64,000 nucleotides of DNA from Chitinophaga pinensis (lineage in GTDB: Bacteria; Bacteroidota; Bacteroidia; NS11-12g; UBA9320), in assembly GCA_945907065.1 (NCBI GenBank), contig CAMDSC010000012.1, positions 577 through 64,576 on the forward strand, given 5' to 3'. The first letter of the stretch is position 1; each line of letters starts with the position of its first letter. The translations under genes were made by a program, and so were the position numbers. Shown here piece by piece: positions 20,679 to 33,251 of this stretch. Below the pieces are notes generated by a model, which was given only the letters and a program-made list of their open reading frames with translations, searched no databases and was not told the DNA's origin.

Positions 20679-21125
20679 TTAAATGATTTGAGTGGTTCCT
20701 CCTGCATTTTCAATTGCCGATTTTGCTGCATCTGAAAATGCATGAGCAGTAACGTTCAATTTTAATGTTAATTCGCCTCGTCCTAATATTTTAACCCGTT
20801 CGGTTTTACTTACAATTCTTCCTTTTAGAAAATCTTCATGAGATATTGTATCTGTATTTAAGCTTTGAGCAAATTCTTGCAATCTGTCCAAATTCATACT
20901 TGTATATTCAACTCTGAATGGATTTTTAAATCCAACTTTTGGAACACGCCTTTGCAATGGCATTTGACCACCTTCGAAACCTACTTTTTTGGAGTGACCT
21001 GAACGAGATCCGGCACCCTTATGTCCCCGTGTGGATGTTCCACCCGTACCTGAACCGTTTCCGCGTCCTTTGCGTTTTCTATCGCGAACTGAGCCTGGGG
21101 CTGGTTTTAAATTACTTAAGTTCAT
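20679..21125 (-). CDS. rplO: 50S ribosomal protein L15
   Basis: GRGNGSG, FEGGQMPLQRRVPK. Confidence 0.98.
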   Translation of the reverse strand: MNLSNLKPAPGSVRDRKRKGRGNGSGTGGTSTRGHKGAGSRSGHSKKVGFEGGQMPLQRRVPKVGFKNPFRVEYTSMNLDRLQEFAQSLNTDTISHEDFLKGRIVSKTERVKILGRGELTLKLNVTAHAFSDAAKSAIENAGGTTQII

Positions 21126-21127
21126 TT

Positions 21128-21307
21128 CTAAACGTTTTCTACTTTTAATAAATGCTTTACTGAATTAATCATTCCTACCAAGGCAGGATTTGCTTCCACT
21201 TCTTTAGTGCGATGCATTCTTGTTAAACCTAAGGCTACTAACGTTCTTTTATCACGTTCAGTACGGTCAATACCACTTTTTATTTGTGTAATTCTAATCT
21301 TTGCCAT
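21128..21307 (-). CDS. rpmD: 50S ribosomal protein L30 (59 aa; absent from ORF track)
   Basis: Manual translation MAKIRITQIKSGIDR..TLVALGL..GMINSVKHLLKVE; lies between rpsE and rplO. Confidence 0.95.
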   Translation of the reverse strand: MAKIRITQIKSGIDRTERDKRTLVALGLTRMHRTKEVEANPALVGMINSVKHLLKVENV

Positions 21308-21313
21308 TTTTAA

Positions 21314-21832
21314 TTAACCGTTAAATAATTTATCTAATGAAATTCCCCGTTGTTCTGCAATTGTATATGGGTCACGTAACTTTGCTAATGCATCTATTGT
21401 TGCTTTCACTACGTTATGAGGATTTGAAGATCCTTTTGATTTTGCCAATACATCATGTACGCCAGCACTTTCAAGCACAGCACGCATAGCACCACCAGCA
21501 ATTACACCAGTACCGTGTGAGGCGGGCGTAATAAATACACGTCCACCACCAAACTTTCCGATTTGCTCATGAGGTACTGTTCCGTTTATAACTGGAACTT
21601 TAATAAGATTTTTCTTAGCATCTTCAATTCCCTTTGCTATTGCATCAGTTACTTCACTTGCTTTTCCAAGACCATGACCAACAATACCTTTTCCATTTCC
21701 TACAACAATAATTGCTGTAAAACTAAATGTACGTCCCCCTTTAGTAACTTTGGCTACTCTGTTTATATTTACTACAGTTTCTTTTAACTCAATATCTGTA
21801 GCTCTGACTCTTAATAATGTTTGTGTTGCCAT
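21314..21832 (-). CDS. rpsE: 30S ribosomal protein S5
   Basis: [24 protein letters not shown]. Confidence 0.98.
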   Translation of the reverse strand: MATQTLLRVRATDIELKETVVNINRVAKVTKGGRTFSFTAIIVVGNGKGIVGHGLGKASEVTDAIAKGIEDAKKNLIKVPVINGTVPHEQIGKFGGGRVFITPASHGTGVIAGGAMRAVLESAGVHDVLAKSKGSSNPHNVVKATIDALAKLRDPYTIAEQRGISLDKLFNG

Positions 21833-21835
21833 TTC

Positions 21836-22192
21836 TTAAAAAATTAATCCTGCTTCTCTTGCTCCGTCTGCAAGACTCTTAACGCGACCATGATATAAAT
21901 AACCATTACGGTCAAAAACAACTTTAGTGATACCGTTAGCTAAGGCGGCCTCTCCTACTTTTTTACCTACTTCAAAAGATTTTTGGGTTTTGGTAGCCTT
22001 TGAAGTTTCTATTTCTTTAGATCTTGATGAAAATGACAATAATGTCTTTCCTGCTGTATCATCTATTAATTGGGCATAAACATCATTGTTGCTTCGATAA
22101 ACAGACAACCTTGGTTTTTCGGCACTACCAAAAACCTTAGCCCTCACCCTTCTTTTTATTTTTAATCTACTTAATACTTTATCAGTTGCCAT
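21836..22192 (-). CDS. rplR: 50S ribosomal protein L18
   Basis: [23 protein letters not shown]. Confidence 0.98.
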   Translation of the reverse strand: MATDKVLSRLKIKRRVRAKVFGSAEKPRLSVYRSNNDVYAQLIDDTAGKTLLSFSSRSKEIETSKATKTQKSFEVGKKVGEAALANGITKVVFDRNGYLYHGRVKSLADGAREAGLIF

Positions 22193-22197
22193 ATCCT

Positions 22198-22752
22198 TTA
22201 TTTTTTACTTGCTGATTTACCGGCTTTTCTTCTCAACTGCTCACCTTGGAATTTAATACCTTTTCCTTTGTATGGTTCAGGCTTGCGCATTGATCTAATT
22301 TTAGCAGCTACCTGTCCAATCAATTGTTTATCGCTTCCTTCTAAAATGATAAGTGGATTTTTTCCTTTTTCACTTTCTGTACTTACTTTAATTTCTTTAG
22401 GTACTTCGATAAAAATATTATGTGAAAATCCTAAATTCAATTCAAGCAAATTACCTACGTTACTAGCTTTATAACCAACACCAACAACTTCTTGCTTTAT
22501 AACATATCCTTCACTCACACCTTTCACCATATTATTGATAAGAGAACGGTATAACCCATGAAGAGATCTTTGACTTTTACTTTCGTTACTTCTGTTTACC
22601 TGAACAATTCCATCATTCAATTCAATTGAAATTCCTTCCAATAGTTTTTGTGAAAGCTGGCCTTTTGCTCCTTTAATTGTAACCGTATCACCTGACGTTT
22701 GTATTTCTACGCCTTTAGGTAAGCTGATTGGGTTTTTTCCTACACGTGACAT
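22198..22752 (-). CDS. rplF: 50S ribosomal protein L6
   Basis: [17 protein letters not shown]. Confidence 0.98.
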   Translation of the reverse strand: MSRVGKNPISLPKGVEIQTSGDTVTIKGAKGQLSQKLLEGISIELNDGIVQVNRSNESKSQRSLHGLYRSLINNMVKGVSEGYVIKQEVVGVGYKASNVGNLLELNLGFSHNIFIEVPKEIKVSTESEKGKNPLIILEGSDKQLIGQVAAKIRSMRKPEPYKGKGIKFQGEQLRRKAGKSASKK

Positions 22753-22773
22753 TTTATTTTATTTGTCTAATTT

Positions 22774-23169
22774 TTATGATACGTAACAAATTAATTCACC
22801 ACCAACATTTTGCTTTTTAGCTTCTTTGTCAGTCATTACTCCATGTGATGTGGTAACAATTGCTATACCTAAACCATTCTTCACACGTGGCATATCTTCT
22901 GAAGAAGTATATTGGCGTGAACCAGGTTTACTAACACGACTTATTTCGTTTATGGCTGAAAGCTTTGTTATTGGGTGATATTTTAACGCTATTTTAATAA
23001 CTCCTCCTATAGTATTATCTTCAAATTTATAGTTCAAAATATAGCCCTTTTCAAACAATACTTTTGTTATCTCCTTCTTAATGTTAGAAGCAGGTATTTC
23101 TACTATTCGGTGGTTTGCCTTTATGGCATTTCTTACTCTTGTTAAGTAATCTGCAATTGGATCTGTCAT
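22774..23169 (-). CDS. rpsH: 30S ribosomal protein S8
   Basis: MTDPIADYLTRVRNA, SKPGSRQY, GGELIC. Confidence 0.98.
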   Translation of the reverse strand: MTDPIADYLTRVRNAIKANHRIVEIPASNIKKEITKVLFEKGYILNYKFEDNTIGGVIKIALKYHPITKLSAINEISRVSKPGSRQYTSSEDMPRVKNGLGIAIVTTSHGVMTDKEAKKQNVGGELICYVS

Positions 23170-23192
23170 GATTCTTTTCTTTTAATTAATGA

Positions 23193-23462
23193 TTACCAAC
23201 TTGCTTTTGTTACTCCCGGAATTTTGCCATTTGAGGCCATTTCACGAAATTGATTTCTACATAATCCGAATATACGGATATAACCTCTTGGCTTTCCAGT
23301 AATGGAACAGCGATTGCGTAACCTTACTGGTGAAGAATTACGTGGCAACAATTGCAACGCATCAAAATTCCCGTCAGCCTTTAGTTTGGCACGCTTTTCA
23401 GCATACCTGGCTACCAATTTCTCCCGTTTTCTTTGGCGGGCTTTCATTGACTCTTTTGCCAT
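23193..23462 (-). CDS. rpsN: 30S ribosomal protein S14 (89-aa type)
   Basis: [23 protein letters not shown]. Confidence 0.97.
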   Translation of the reverse strand: MAKESMKARQRKREKLVARYAEKRAKLKADGNFDALQLLPRNSSPVRLRNRCSITGKPRGYIRIFGLCRNQFREMASNGKIPGVTKASW

Positions 23463-23465
23463 GTC

Positions 23466-24020
23466 TTATTTATTTTGATTTTTAAATGGTAATCCAAATT
23501 CTTTTAACAACTCTAAACATTCCACATCATTTTTTGCAGTAGTTACAAATGTGATGTTATATCCGTTTATCTTATTCGTTTTATCGATGTTTATTTCAGG
23601 GAATATCAACTGCTCGGTTACACCAAAAGTGTAATTTCCACGACCATCAAATCCTTTATCGTTTATTCCTTGAAAATCACGTACACGTGGCAGAGCTATA
23701 GAAATAAGACGATCTAAAAATTCGTACATATTATCTTTTCGCAATGTTACCTTGGTACCGATAGGCATTTTAGAACGTAATTTAAAGTTCGAAATATCCT
23801 TACGTGAATAAGTTGGAACTGCCTTCTGTCCTGCAATTACAGATAATTCAAGCACTGCAGTATCAACAAGTTTTTTGTCGGAAACTGCTGCACCAACTCC
23901 TTGGTTAATAGAAATTTTAACCATCTTCGGAATTTCCATAACGTTTTTATAACCAAACTTTTCTTTAAGAGCGGGTACAACGCTAGCTTTATATTTTTCT
24001 TTTAATCTTGGTGAATACAT
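23466..24020 (-). CDS. rplE: 50S ribosomal protein L5
   Basis: [23 protein letters not shown]. Confidence 0.98.
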   Translation of the reverse strand: MYSPRLKEKYKASVVPALKEKFGYKNVMEIPKMVKISINQGVGAAVSDKKLVDTAVLELSVIAGQKAVPTYSRKDISNFKLRSKMPIGTKVTLRKDNMYEFLDRLISIALPRVRDFQGINDKGFDGRGNYTFGVTEQLIFPEINIDKTNKINGYNITFVTTAKNDVECLELLKEFGLPFKNQNK

Positions 24021-24027
24021 CTTTCTA

Positions 24028-24363
24028 CTATTTTATAAAATCACCTGTTTTCTTTGAAAATCTCTGCAATTTACCATCTGCATTAAGCTTGCGACCAATG
24101 CGAGTAGGCTTTCCTGCTTCCATAAGCATTAACTTGCAAATATGAAGAGGTGCTTCTAATTTTATAATGGAACCGTTTGGATTATTAGCATCTGGTTTTT
24201 TATGTTTAGTAACCATATTGATTCCTTCCACAACAGCTCTTTGTTCTTTTACTATTACACGTAATATTCTTCCTGACTTATTTTTGTCATCTCCGGCTAA
24301 TACCTTAACTGTATCACCTTTTTTTACATGCAGTTTTTGTATTTTATTAAATCTACGTTCCAT
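24028..24363 (-). CDS. rplX: 50S ribosomal protein L24
   Basis: [26 protein letters not shown]. Confidence 0.97.
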   Translation of the reverse strand: MERRFNKIQKLHVKKGDTVKVLAGDDKNKSGRILRVIVKEQRAVVEGINMVTKHKKPDANNPNGSIIKLEAPLHICKLMLMEAGKPTRIGRKLNADGKLQRFSKKTGDFIK

Positions 24364-24366
24364 AAT

Positions 24367-24735
24367 CTATAAAACTTCTGGGGCTAATGATACAATTTTC
24401 ATAAACTGTTTTTCGCGCAATTCACGAGCAACTGGGCCAAAAATACGCGTTGCTCTCGGCTCATCGTCTTTGTTTAACAACACACACGAGTTATCATCAA
24501 AACGAATATATGATCCGTCGGCGCGACGAACTTGCTTTTTTGTTCTAACTATAACTGCCTTGGATACAGTTCCTTTTTTTACCCCGCCTGAAGGAATTGC
24601 TTCTTTAATAGAAACAACTATTTTATCGCCTAATGAGGCGTAACGACTACGGGTTCCTCCAAGCACTCTTATACAAAGTACTTCTTTAGCTCCACTATTA
24701 TCAGCTACTCTAAGTCTTGATTCTTGTTGTATCAT
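24367..24735 (-). CDS. rplN: 50S ribosomal protein L14
   Basis: [26 protein letters not shown]. Confidence 0.98.
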   Translation of the reverse strand: MIQQESRLRVADNSGAKEVLCIRVLGGTRSRYASLGDKIVVSIKEAIPSGGVKKGTVSKAVIVRTKKQVRRADGSYIRFDDNSCVLLNKDDEPRATRIFGPVARELREKQFMKIVSLAPEVL

Positions 24736-24989
24736 TATTTAGCCTTTTCAATTATTTCAACTACTCTCCAACGCTTGCTTTTACTAAGCGGACGAGTTTC
24801 CATTATTTTAACAACATCGCCAATTCCACATTCTTCCTTTTCATCATGAGCCATAAACTTCGAAGTGGCCTTTACGAATTTGTGGTATTTGGCGTGTTTC
24901 TTTTTACGCTCAATAGTAACAGTAACTGATTTTTGCATTTTGTTACTGGCTACTACACCTATTATTTCTTTTCTGGAGTTTCTTTCCAT
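24735..24989 (-). CDS. rpsQ: 30S ribosomal protein S17
   Basis: [26 protein letters not shown]. Confidence 0.97.
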   Translation of the reverse strand: MERNSRKEIIGVVASNKMQKSVTVTIERKKKHAKYHKFVKATSKFMAHDEKEECGIGDVVKIMETRPLSKSKRWRVVEIIEKAK

Positions 24990-24993
24990 TTTA

Positions 24994-25200
24994 TTAATCA
25001 ATACTTTTTAATTCGTTTTTGCGACGGTTGATTTCAGTAAGATACTTTGCAACTAAACGTCTTGAAAACGTGATTTTACCTGGGTTCTCTATTTGAGATA
25101 CTGTATGGCTAAATTTAAGCTTTTGCAATTGTAAACGCTCATCACGCAATACACTATGAAGCTCTTTATTAGACAATTCTTTTATTTTATCGTAATCCAT
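24994..25200 (-). CDS. rpmC: 50S ribosomal protein L29
   Basis: Position between rplP and rpsQ; LKF.H..QIENP..RR.VAK..T. Confidence 0.92.
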   Translation of the reverse strand: MDYDKIKELSNKELHSVLRDERLQLQKLKFSHTVSQIENPGKITFSRRLVAKYLTEINRRKNELKSID

Positions 25201-25205
25201 AACAA

Positions 25206-25625
25206 TTATTCTGCGTAATTTGGTTTAACAACAAATCTTGTAACAACTGGTAACTTTTGAGCTGCTAGGCGCATAGCCTCTTTTGCAACTTCTTGTGGCA
25301 CACCTTCTACTTCAAAAATAATGGTACCAGGTTTTATTACAGCCACCCAATATTCAGGAGCTCCTTTACCTTTACCCATCCTTACTTCAGCCGGCTTTTT
25401 AGTTACAGGTTTGTCTGGAAAAATTCTAATCCATACTTTACCTTCCCTTTTCATAAAACGGTTTAAAGCTATACGGGCTGCTTCAATTTGACGGCCGGTT
25501 ATCCATTTAGGTTCCATAGATTTCAAACCGAAATCTCCGAACTCTATTTGGGCGCCACGGGTAGCCAAACCTTTCACACGTCCTTTTTGTTGTTTTCTAA
25601 ATTTGGTACGTTTTGGTAGTAACAT
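25206..25625 (-). CDS. rplP: 50S ribosomal protein L16
   Basis: [24 protein letters not shown]. Confidence 0.98.
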   Translation of the reverse strand: MLLPKRTKFRKQQKGRVKGLATRGAQIEFGDFGLKSMEPKWITGRQIEAARIALNRFMKREGKVWIRIFPDKPVTKKPAEVRMGKGKGAPEYWVAVIKPGTIIFEVEGVPQEVAKEAMRLAAQKLPVVTRFVVKPNYAE

Positions 25626-25648
25626 TTCTTCTCCTTATTTATTTAATA

Positions 25649-26476
25649 TTAAGCCCTATCGTTTCTAGGTCTAGGTCCACCAGCGTTTCCACTACCTGTT
25701 CTAGGTCCTCTATTATTATCGCGTCTTTCTCCTCCACGGCTATCACGGTCTCTACCTCCACTTCGTCTCTTATCTCTGTCTCCACCTGGTCCACCTGGTC
25801 TGCGATCGGCACTTGCATTAGTAGGTCCTACATTCATTGAAAGATCTCTCTTACCATAAATTTCGCCTCTCATTATCCAAACCTTTACACCTATTTTACC
25901 ATACACAGTTAATGCTTCAGCTATATGATAATCAATATCTGCACGGAAAGTATGCAATGGAATTCTACCATCTTTGTATTGTTCACTGCGAGCCATCTCA
26001 GCTCCATTTAAACGGCCTGAAAGCATTACTTTTATTCCTTCAGCTCCCATTCTCATGGTTGAAGCTATTGACATTTTTGTAGCACGCTTGTATGAAACAC
26101 GTCCTTCTATTTGTTGTGCAATAGATTCAGCAACTAATCTAGCTTCTGTTTCCGGACGTTTAATTTCAAAAATATTTATTTGAACGTCTTTTTTAGTAAG
26201 CTTCTTAATTTCTTCTTTTATTTTATCAACTTCCGAACCACCTTTTCCTATTACAATACCTGGACGAGCGGTGTGAACCGTAATAATGATGCGCTTCAAT
26301 GTACGCTCAATCACTATTTTGGAAATACCACCACGTTGAATACGTGCATGAAGGTACTTGCGGATTTTATAATCTTCGGCTAATTTTTCGCCAAAGTTTT
26401 TTCCACCGAACCAATTAGATTCCCATCCACGGATGATACCTAATCTTATACTTATCGGATTTACTTTTTGACCCAT
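25649..26476 (-). CDS. rpsC: 30S ribosomal protein S3 with Arg/Gly-rich tail
   Basis: [39 protein letters not shown]. Confidence 0.98.
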   Translation of the reverse strand: MGQKVNPISIRLGIIRGWESNWFGGKNFGEKLAEDYKIRKYLHARIQRGGISKIVIERTLKRIIITVHTARPGIVIGKGGSEVDKIKEEIKKLTKKDVQINIFEIKRPETEARLVAESIAQQIEGRVSYKRATKMSIASTMRMGAEGIKVMLSGRLNGAEMARSEQYKDGRIPLHTFRADIDYHIAEALTVYGKIGVKVWIMRGEIYGKRDLSMNVGPTNASADRRPGGPGGDRDKRRSGGRDRDSRGGERRDNNRGPRTGSGNAGGPRPRNDRA

Positions 26477-26494
26477 TATTACTTGTTATACCTT

Positions 26495-26863
26495 TTAATT
26501 TACGTTTTCAATTGTTTCACCAACCACATCAACTACAAGTGTAATATGGTTTGAACGTTTGCGAATTCTATATGCCCTTCCTTGCGGTGCAGGACTTAAA
26601 CGCTTCACGGTTCTTCCCTGATTTACAAATATTGATTTTACAACCAATCCTGTTTCATCATCTACTTTAGCATCATTTTTCAATTGCCAATTTGCTATAG
26701 CTGATAATAATAGCTTTTCTACTAAAAGAGCATAAGCTTGTTTTTGGTTAAATTTTAAAATACTTAATGCCTTGTTTACATTCTCGCCACGAATTTGGTC
26801 TACTACCAAACGCATTTTACGAGGTGATAAAGGGCAATTATTTAATTTAGCTACTGCTTCCAT
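26495..26863 (-). CDS. rplV: 50S ribosomal protein L22
   Basis: [28 protein letters not shown]; start refined to 26863. Confidence 0.97.
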   Translation of the reverse strand: MEAVAKLNNCPLSPRKMRLVVDQIRGENVNKALSILKFNQKQAYALLVEKLLLSAIANWQLKNDAKVDDETGLVVKSIFVNQGRTVKRLSPAPQGRAYRIRKRSNHITLVVDVVGETIENVN

Positions 26864-26864
26864 A

Positions 26865-27128
26865 TTATCTATTTCCTGAGTGTCCTTTGAAAGTTCGTGT
26901 TGGGGCAAATTCGCCTAATTTATGACCTACCATATTTTCAGTTACATATACAGGAATAAACTTATTTCCGTTATAAACTGCAAATGTATGACCTATAAAA
27001 TCTGGTGTAATCAACGAGCGACGACTCCATGTTTTTATTACATTTTTCTTCTTTGCTTCGTTCATGGTATCAATCTTTTTGAAAAGCTTGACATCAACGA
27101 ATGGACCTTTTTTAAGCGACCTTGGCAT
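26865..27128 (-). CDS. rpsS: 30S ribosomal protein S19
   Basis: [23 protein letters not shown]. Confidence 0.98.
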   Translation of the reverse strand: MPRSLKKGPFVDVKLFKKIDTMNEAKKKNVIKTWSRRSLITPDFIGHTFAVYNGNKFIPVYVTENMVGHKLGEFAPTRTFKGHSGNR

Positions 27129-27130
27129 AA

Positions 27131-27955
27131 TTATTTCTTCCTTCTTTCTATGATAAACTTATTTGAACTCTTATTAGGATTACGTGTCTTATGACCTTTA
27201 AGACCTGTTCCTTTTCTTGTGCGGGCCTGACCACCTTTTGCTCTACCTTCACCTCCACCCATTGGATGATCCACTGGATTCATTGCTGCCGGACGAGTTC
27301 TTGGTCTACGTCCCAACCAACGATTTCTTCCTGCTTTACCTTTATTTTCAAGGCTATGATCAGGATTACTTAATGAACCGATTGTAGCTGAACATGTAGA
27401 CAATATCATGCGTGTTTCACTTGAAGGCAATTTAATTACTACATATTTTCCATCACGTGCAACAAGCTGTGCATTTGAACCTGCACTACGTACAATTTTT
27501 CCGCCTTGTCCTGGATTTAATTCAATATTATGAACAATACTTCCCAATGGCATTTCACTAAGAGGTAAAGAATTTCCTAAATCTGGAGTTGAGCCTGAAC
27601 CGGAAGTTATTTTTTGTCCAACCTTAATTCCGTTGGGTGCCAAAATATATCTTTTTTCACCATCAGTATATTCAATTAAAGCTATGAAACAAGTTCTGTT
27701 AGGATCATATTCTACAGTTTTAACCTCACCAACTACTCCAGTTTTATCGCGTTTAAAATCTATTATCCTATATTGTTGCTTATGGCCACCACCTATATAG
27801 CGCATGGTCATAGTACCTTGATTATTACGTCCACCTGATTTTTTAATGGAAATAATAAGGCTTTTCTCTGGTTTATCGCCAGTTAGTTCCTCAAATGTAT
27901 TAGCAACTCTAAATCGTGTTCCCGGTGTTACCGGATTTAATCTTTTAACTCCCAT
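27131..27955 (-). CDS. rplB: 50S ribosomal protein L2
   Basis: [25 protein letters not shown]. Confidence 0.98.
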   Translation of the reverse strand: MGVKRLNPVTPGTRFRVANTFEELTGDKPEKSLIISIKKSGGRNNQGTMTMRYIGGGHKQQYRIIDFKRDKTGVVGEVKTVEYDPNRTCFIALIEYTDGEKRYILAPNGIKVGQKITSGSGSTPDLGNSLPLSEMPLGSIVHNIELNPGQGGKIVRSAGSNAQLVARDGKYVVIKLPSSETRMILSTCSATIGSLSNPDHSLENKGKAGRNRWLGRRPRTRPAAMNPVDHPMGGGEGRAKGGQARTRKGTGLKGHKTRNPNKSSNKFIIERRKK

Positions 27956-27957
27956 GA

Positions 27958-28248
27958 CTATATATTCTCAAAGAAATCTATTTTTTGTCCCTCCTTTAAA
28001 TGTACAATAGCCTTTTTGTAATTAGGCTTTTTGCCATTTATAACACCAGATTTAGTAAAACGTGATTTTCGTTTTCCTCTTACTAAAATAGTATTCACTC
28101 GTTCTACTTCCACATTGTAAACCTTTTCTATTAAAGCTTTGATTTCATCTTTGGAAGCATTTTTATCTACTACAAAACCAACTTGCTCAGTTTTATCAGC
28201 AATTTTGGTCATTTTTTCCGTTAATAACGGTCGTTTTAAAATACTCAT
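27958..28248 (-). CDS. rplW: 50S ribosomal protein L23
   Basis: PLLTEK, VNT, YKKAIV. Confidence 0.97.
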   Translation of the reverse strand: MSILKRPLLTEKMTKIADKTEQVGFVVDKNASKDEIKALIEKVYNVEVERVNTILVRGKRKSRFTKSGVINGKKPNYKKAIVHLKEGQKIDFFENI

Positions 28249-28252
28249 ATTA

Positions 28253-28882
28253 TTAGGCGGTTAAAACTTCTTCTAATTTTACAACTGAATTTTCCACTAA
28301 TACAACTCTTGCTGCTTTCATAATTTGATATGTATTCAAATCTGATGCAATCATAACCTCTGATTTTGGAAGGTTACGTGCTGAAAGGTGTATATTCTTA
28401 TTATATTCTGGCACAACGAATAAAGTACGTTTGTCAGACATATTTAAAGCGCCAATTAGCACATTAAATTCTTTTGTATTAGGTTTATCAAAATTGAAAG
28501 ACTCAATAATGGTAATATTATTATCTTTTAATTTATAAGCTAAAGCCGACATACGAGCTAGCTTTTTTAGTTTTTTATTTAATTTAAAACTATAATCTCT
28601 TGGGCGAGGTCCATGAATACGACCACCACCAACTCTGGTTCCAGATTTTAAACTACCCGCACGAGCAGTTCCTGTTCCTTTTTGACGCTTAATCTTTTTT
28701 GTTGAAGCTGTAACTTCAGACTTATCTTTGGATTTATGAGTTCCTTGGCGTTGATTTGCTAAGTATTGTTTAACATCTAAATAAATAGCATGGTCATTCG
28801 GCTCGATACCAAATACTCCATCATTTAATTCAACTTGACGACCTGTATCGTTTCCTTTAATATCTATTACGTTCAGTTTCAT
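28253..28882 (-). CDS. rplD: 50S ribosomal protein L4
   Basis: RQGTHK, RQKGTGTARAGS, GGGRIHGPRPR. Confidence 0.98.
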   Translation of the reverse strand: MKLNVIDIKGNDTGRQVELNDGVFGIEPNDHAIYLDVKQYLANQRQGTHKSKDKSEVTASTKKIKRQKGTGTARAGSLKSGTRVGGGRIHGPRPRDYSFKLNKKLKKLARMSALAYKLKDNNITIIESFNFDKPNTKEFNVLIGALNMSDKRTLFVVPEYNKNIHLSARNLPKSEVMIASDLNTYQIMKAARVVLVENSVVKLEEVLTA

Positions 28883-28883
28883 C

Positions 28884-29501
28884 TTATTTTTCAATTATAA
28901 CCATGGAACCATTAAACCCAGGTATTGCACCTTTAACAACTATAAGATTGAGTTCAGCATCAACCTTTAAAACTTCTAGGTTTGTTATTTTAACTCTGTC
29001 ACCACCCATTCTACCACCCATCCTCATCCCTTTAAATACCTTTGAAGGATATGAAGATGCGCCCAAAGATCCAGGTGCTCTTAATCTGTTATGCTGCCCA
29101 TGGGTAGCTCCACCAACTCCTGAAAATCCGTGACGCTTCACAACTCCTTGGAAACCCTTTCCTTTTGAAGTTCCTATTACATCCACAAATTCTCCAACTT
29201 CAAAACCGCTTACATCCAATGAATCGCCAAGGCTTAACTCTCTTTCAAAATGGGCGAATTCTACCACTTTTGTTTTAGGAGCTGTATTTGCTTTCGCAAA
29301 ATGACCTATCAGCGGTTTGGGTGTATTCTTTACCTTACGGTCACCAAATCCAACTTGAACTGCATTATATCCATCAGTTTCTTTAGTTTTAATTTGGGTA
29401 ACAACGCATGGTCCTGCTTCTATTACTGTGCACGGAATTAATTTTCCGCTATCAGCAAAGACGCTAGTCATACCTACTTTTTTACCTATTATTCCAAACA
29501 T
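28884..29501 (-). CDS. rplC: 50S ribosomal protein L3
   Basis: [29 protein letters not shown]. Confidence 0.98.
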   Translation of the reverse strand: MFGIIGKKVGMTSVFADSGKLIPCTVIEAGPCVVTQIKTKETDGYNAVQVGFGDRKVKNTPKPLIGHFAKANTAPKTKVVEFAHFERELSLGDSLDVSGFEVGEFVDVIGTSKGKGFQGVVKRHGFSGVGGATHGQHNRLRAPGSLGASSYPSKVFKGMRMGGRMGGDRVKITNLEVLKVDAELNLIVVKGAIPGFNGSMVIIEK

Positions 29502-29532
29502 GATTAATTATTCTTTTAATATTTTATTTCTA

Positions 29533-29841
29533 TCACACTTTAATTTCAACGTCTACACCACTTGGTAGCTCAAGTTTCATAAGTGCATCTACTGTTTTGG
29601 CAGTTGAACTATAGATATCTAGCAACCTTTTGTAAGAACACGTTTGAAATTGCTCACGAGCTTTTTTATTAACGTGCGGTGATCTTAACACTGTAAAAAT
29701 CCTTTTTTCAGTAGGTAATGGTATTGGACCATTAACTATTGCGCCTGTGGCTTTTACAGATCGAACAATCTTCTCAGCTGATTTATCAATCAATGTGTGA
29801 TCGAACGATTTTAATTTTATTCTTATTTTCTGGTTCACCAT
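29533..29841 (-). CDS. rpsJ: 30S ribosomal protein S10
   Basis: [29 protein letters not shown]. Confidence 0.98.
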   Translation of the reverse strand: MVNQKIRIKLKSFDHTLIDKSAEKIVRSVKATGAIVNGPIPLPTEKRIFTVLRSPHVNKKAREQFQTCSYKRLLDIYSSTAKTVDALMKLELPSGVDVEIKV

Positions 29842-29848
29842 TTTTAAA

Positions 29849-31987
29849 TTATGCGTTTGCTCTAACTCCTTTAACTTTTTCTATTATTTCCTCAGCCATA
29901 TTTTTAGGGACTTCATGGTAATGTGAAAATTCCATTGACGAAGTTGCTCTTCCTGAAGTAATGGTTCTAAGGGTGGTTACATAACCAAACATTTCTGATA
30001 ATGGAACTTTACCTTTAATAACTTGAGATCCAGCTCTTTCTTCCAATCCTTCAATTAATCCACGACGACGATTTAAATCTCCTTGAACATCTCCCATATA
30101 ATCAGCTGGAGTAACAATCTCAATTTTCATTATCGGTTCTAATATTATTGGATTAGCATGTTTTGCTGCATCCCTGTATCCCTGCTTTGCAGCTAATTCG
30201 AATGATATTGAATCAGAGTCAACCGCGTGAAAAGAACCATCATATAATCTTATTTTCATGGTTTCAAGAGGATAACCTGCAAGAACACCATTCTTCATTG
30301 ATTCTCTAAATCCTTTTTCTACTGAAGGGATAAATTCACGTGGAATTGCTCCACCCACAATTTGATTAACAAACTGTAAGCCTTCACCAACAAAATCAGC
30401 ATCAACAGGAGAAATTTCAAACTGAATATCAGCAAATTTTCCACGTCCACCTGTTTGCTTCTTAAATGTTTCGCGATGTTTTAATGTCCCTTTTAAAGCT
30501 TCTTTATAAGCAACCTGAGGTGCTCCCTGATTAATCTCAACCTTAAATTCACGGCGTAAACGGTCAACAATAATTTCAAGGTGAAGTTCACCCATTCCAC
30601 TGATAATTGTTTGACCTGTTTCCTCATCTGTTTTAACTTGGAATGTAGGATCCTCTTCAGATAATTTACCTAAAGAAACTCCTAATCTATCAGAATCCGC
30701 TTGAGTTTTTGGCTCAATAGCTAAACCAATAACAGGTTTTGGAAAATTCATTGCCTCTAATACAATCGGATTTTTTTCATCACATAAAGTATCGCCTGTC
30801 TTAATATCTTTGAATCCAACAGCAGCTCCAATATCCCCAGCTTCTAAACAATCTATTGGATTTTGTTTATTGGCATGCATTTGGAATATTCGAGATATAC
30901 GTTCCTTATTTCCACTGCGAGTATTTAAAACATATGAACCAGCATCTAATTTACCAGAATATGCTCTTATAAAAGCCAAACGCCCCACAAAAGGGTCTGT
31001 TGCAATTTTAAAAGCTAACGCTGCAAATGGTTCTTTTACATCTGGTTTACGAGAAACCTCCTCTTCAGTATCAGGATTTATACCTATAACTTCACTTCGG
31101 TCAAGCGGACTTGGCATAAGTTCCATTACAAGGTCAAGCATGGTTTGAACTCCTTTATTTTTGAAAGATGAACCACAAACCATTGGTACAATCTTCATAT
31201 CTAAACATGCCTTACGTAAGGCCTCTAAAATTTCTCTTTCTGTAATAGAAGCAGGATCTTCAAAAAATTTTTCCATTAGGCGGTCATCATATTCTGAAAC
31301 CGCTTCAAGTAATTTTTCCCTCCACTCATTAGCCTCCTCAATCATATCATCAGGAATTGGAATGGTTTTATAAGTCATCCCTTTGTCTGCTTCATTCCAG
31401 ATCATTCCTCGATAATTTATCAAATCCACAACACCGGTAAATCCATCTTCTGCACCAATTGGCAACTGAAGTGGTACTGCATTGCTTCCTAACATTTCTC
31501 TAACTTGTTTAACAACCATTAAAAAGTCGGCACCCGAACGATCCATTTTATTTACGAATCCAATACGAGCTACATTATAATTGTTAGCTAATCTCCAATT
31601 GGTTTCAGATTGTGGCTCAACACCATCAACTGCACTAAATAAGAAAACTAAACCATCAAGTACACGTAATGAACGATTTACTTCGACAGTAAAATCAACG
31701 TGCCCTGGTGTATCAATAATATTTATATGATATTCTTTTGTTTCTGGGAGTTTTAAACCATCCTTCATAGGATAATTCCATGCAACTGTAGTAGCTGCTG
31801 AAGTTATAGTAATTCCACGTTCTTGCTCTTGCGCCATCCAATCCATTGTAGCTGCACCATCATGTACTTCTCCAATTTTATGATTAACACCCGCATAATA
31901 TAATATCCGCTCGGTAGTTGTTGTTTTACCGGCGTCAATATGGGCAGCAATCCCAATGTTTCTAGTATATTTTAAATCTCTTGCCAT
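29849..31987 (-). CDS. fusA: Elongation factor G
   Basis: [35 protein letters not shown]. Confidence 0.98.
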   Translation of the reverse strand: MARDLKYTRNIGIAAHIDAGKTTTTERILYYAGVNHKIGEVHDGAATMDWMAQEQERGITITSAATTVAWNYPMKDGLKLPETKEYHINIIDTPGHVDFTVEVNRSLRVLDGLVFLFSAVDGVEPQSETNWRLANNYNVARIGFVNKMDRSGADFLMVVKQVREMLGSNAVPLQLPIGAEDGFTGVVDLINYRGMIWNEADKGMTYKTIPIPDDMIEEANEWREKLLEAVSEYDDRLMEKFFEDPASITEREILEALRKACLDMKIVPMVCGSSFKNKGVQTMLDLVMELMPSPLDRSEVIGINPDTEEEVSRKPDVKEPFAALAFKIATDPFVGRLAFIRAYSGKLDAGSYVLNTRSGNKERISRIFQMHANKQNPIDCLEAGDIGAAVGFKDIKTGDTLCDEKNPIVLEAMNFPKPVIGLAIEPKTQADSDRLGVSLGKLSEEDPTFQVKTDEETGQTIISGMGELHLEIIVDRLRREFKVEINQGAPQVAYKEALKGTLKHRETFKKQTGGRGKFADIQFEISPVDADFVGEGLQFVNQIVGGAIPREFIPSVEKGFRESMKNGVLAGYPLETMKIRLYDGSFHAVDSDSISFELAAKQGYRDAAKHANPIILEPIMKIEIVTPADYMGDVQGDLNRRRGLIEGLEERAGSQVIKGKVPLSEMFGYVTTLRTITSGRATSSMEFSHYHEVPKNMAEEIIEKVKGVRANA

Positions 31988-31994
31988 AATTTAG

Positions 31995-32465
31995 TTACAC
32001 TCTGAAATGTGAAAATGCTTTATTGGCATCGGCCATTTTGTGTGTATCTTCTTTTTTCTTAACTGATGAACCTTCACCTTTTGCAGCAGCTAATATTTCT
32101 CCTGCTAATTTCTCAGCCATTGACTTTTCATTTCTCTTGCGGCAATAGGTTAACATCCATTTAGTTCCTAATGCTACTCTTCTTTCAGGCTTTACTTCAG
32201 TTGGTATCTGAAAAGTAGAACCACCTACACGACGAGCTTTCACTTCCACTGTAGGCATAATATTATTAAGTGCTCTTCTAAACACTTCTACTCCTTCTTC
32301 CTCAGGTAACTTACCTCCAACTATATCTATTGCATCGTAAAATATTTTACGGGCTTGGCCTTTTTTACCATCCTCCATCATACAATTGATAAACCTTGAA
32401 ATCAACACATCGTTAAAACGTGGATCTGGGGTTTGAATTCGTTTTTTAGCTCTGGCCTTTCTCAT
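31995..32465 (-). CDS. rpsG: 30S ribosomal protein S7
   Basis: RRVGGSTFQIP, HKMADANKAFSHF. Confidence 0.98.
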   Translation of the reverse strand: MRKARAKKRIQTPDPRFNDVLISRFINCMMEDGKKGQARKIFYDAIDIVGGKLPEEEGVEVFRRALNNIMPTVEVKARRVGGSTFQIPTEVKPERRVALGTKWMLTYCRKRNEKSMAEKLAGEILAAAKGEGSSVKKKEDTHKMADANKAFSHFRV

Positions 32466-32845
32466 TATTTTTTAACTTTTGGTCTCTTGGCACCGTATTT
32501 TGATCTTCGTTGTTTTCTTCCTTCAACTCCTGCCGTGTCTAATGCACCACGAATAATGTGATAACGAACACCCGGTAAATCCTTTACTCTACCCCCACGC
32601 ACTAATACGATGGAGTGTTCTTGTAGGTTATGTCCTTCACCTGGTATATAGGCGTTAACCTCTTTGCTATTGGTCAATCTTACCCTAGCTACTTTACGCA
32701 TGGCAGAGTTTGGCTTCTTTGGAGTAGTCGTATATACCCTAGTACATACACCCCTTCTTTGAGGGCATGAATCAAGGGCAGGTGATTTGCTCTTGAACTT
32801 GGGAGCTACACGGCCTTTACGGACTAATTGTTGAATGGTCGGCAT
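32465..32845 (-). CDS. rpsL: 30S ribosomal protein S12
   Basis: [30 protein letters not shown]. Confidence 0.99.
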   Translation of the reverse strand: MPTIQQLVRKGRVAPKFKSKSPALDSCPQRRGVCTRVYTTTPKKPNSAMRKVARVRLTNSKEVNAYIPGEGHNLQEHSIVLVRGGRVKDLPGVRYHIIRGALDTAGVEGRKQRRSKYGAKRPKVKK

Positions 32846-32877
32846 TTGCTTTTTGTGTACAATTTTTTAACGGACTG

Positions 32878-32908
32878 CAAAAGTAAGATTTTTCAAATAA
32901 AATCCAAA
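32878..32908 (-). promoter_or_regulatory. Consensus Bacteroidota sigma-A promoter of the str operon
   Basis: TTTG-N19-TACTTTTG on the minus strand, matching the -33/-7 consensus. Confidence 0.8.
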
Positions 32909-33251
32909 TCTGTTTTAATATATTTTTAAAATAATCCTTCTTAATTACTTTAAAGACCTAAATCCTATTCAATATGTTGAATTTCAGATGTAACAATATA
33001 AGTATTTAGCGTGCTTTATTTCATATCCTATCTATTAACCCTGTCAATTAAAAAAAAATTTAAGTAAATCCATTTCAAAAAGAAACTTATTTAGCATTTT
33101 TATAAGTTTAAATTTTAGCAGATTTAGCAATTACCTTCTTGTTTTATATCTTTTTATCGAGCCTCAATTATTTCTACTTCAATCCAATATTTGGGATTAA
33201 ATTTTAATTATGTTTGCCGCCAATATTAAAATCTATTTTAAACAAAAAATT

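Noticed and set aside
24167-24643. 158-aa plus-strand ORF and other short ORFs opposite ribosomal genes and fusA
   Set aside because: Antisense shadows of highly conserved genes.
29841-29849. No tuf between fusA and rpsJ; no adk/map between secY and infA
   Set aside because: A tuf-less str-S10 junction is normal in Bacteroidota, and adk/map presence here varies by lineage.
32910-33200. About 300-bp AT-rich intergenic region considered for an ncRNA or replication origin
   Set aside because: No stable stems, tRNA fold or clustered DnaA boxes seen; explained by the divergent rpsL and fhs promoters.
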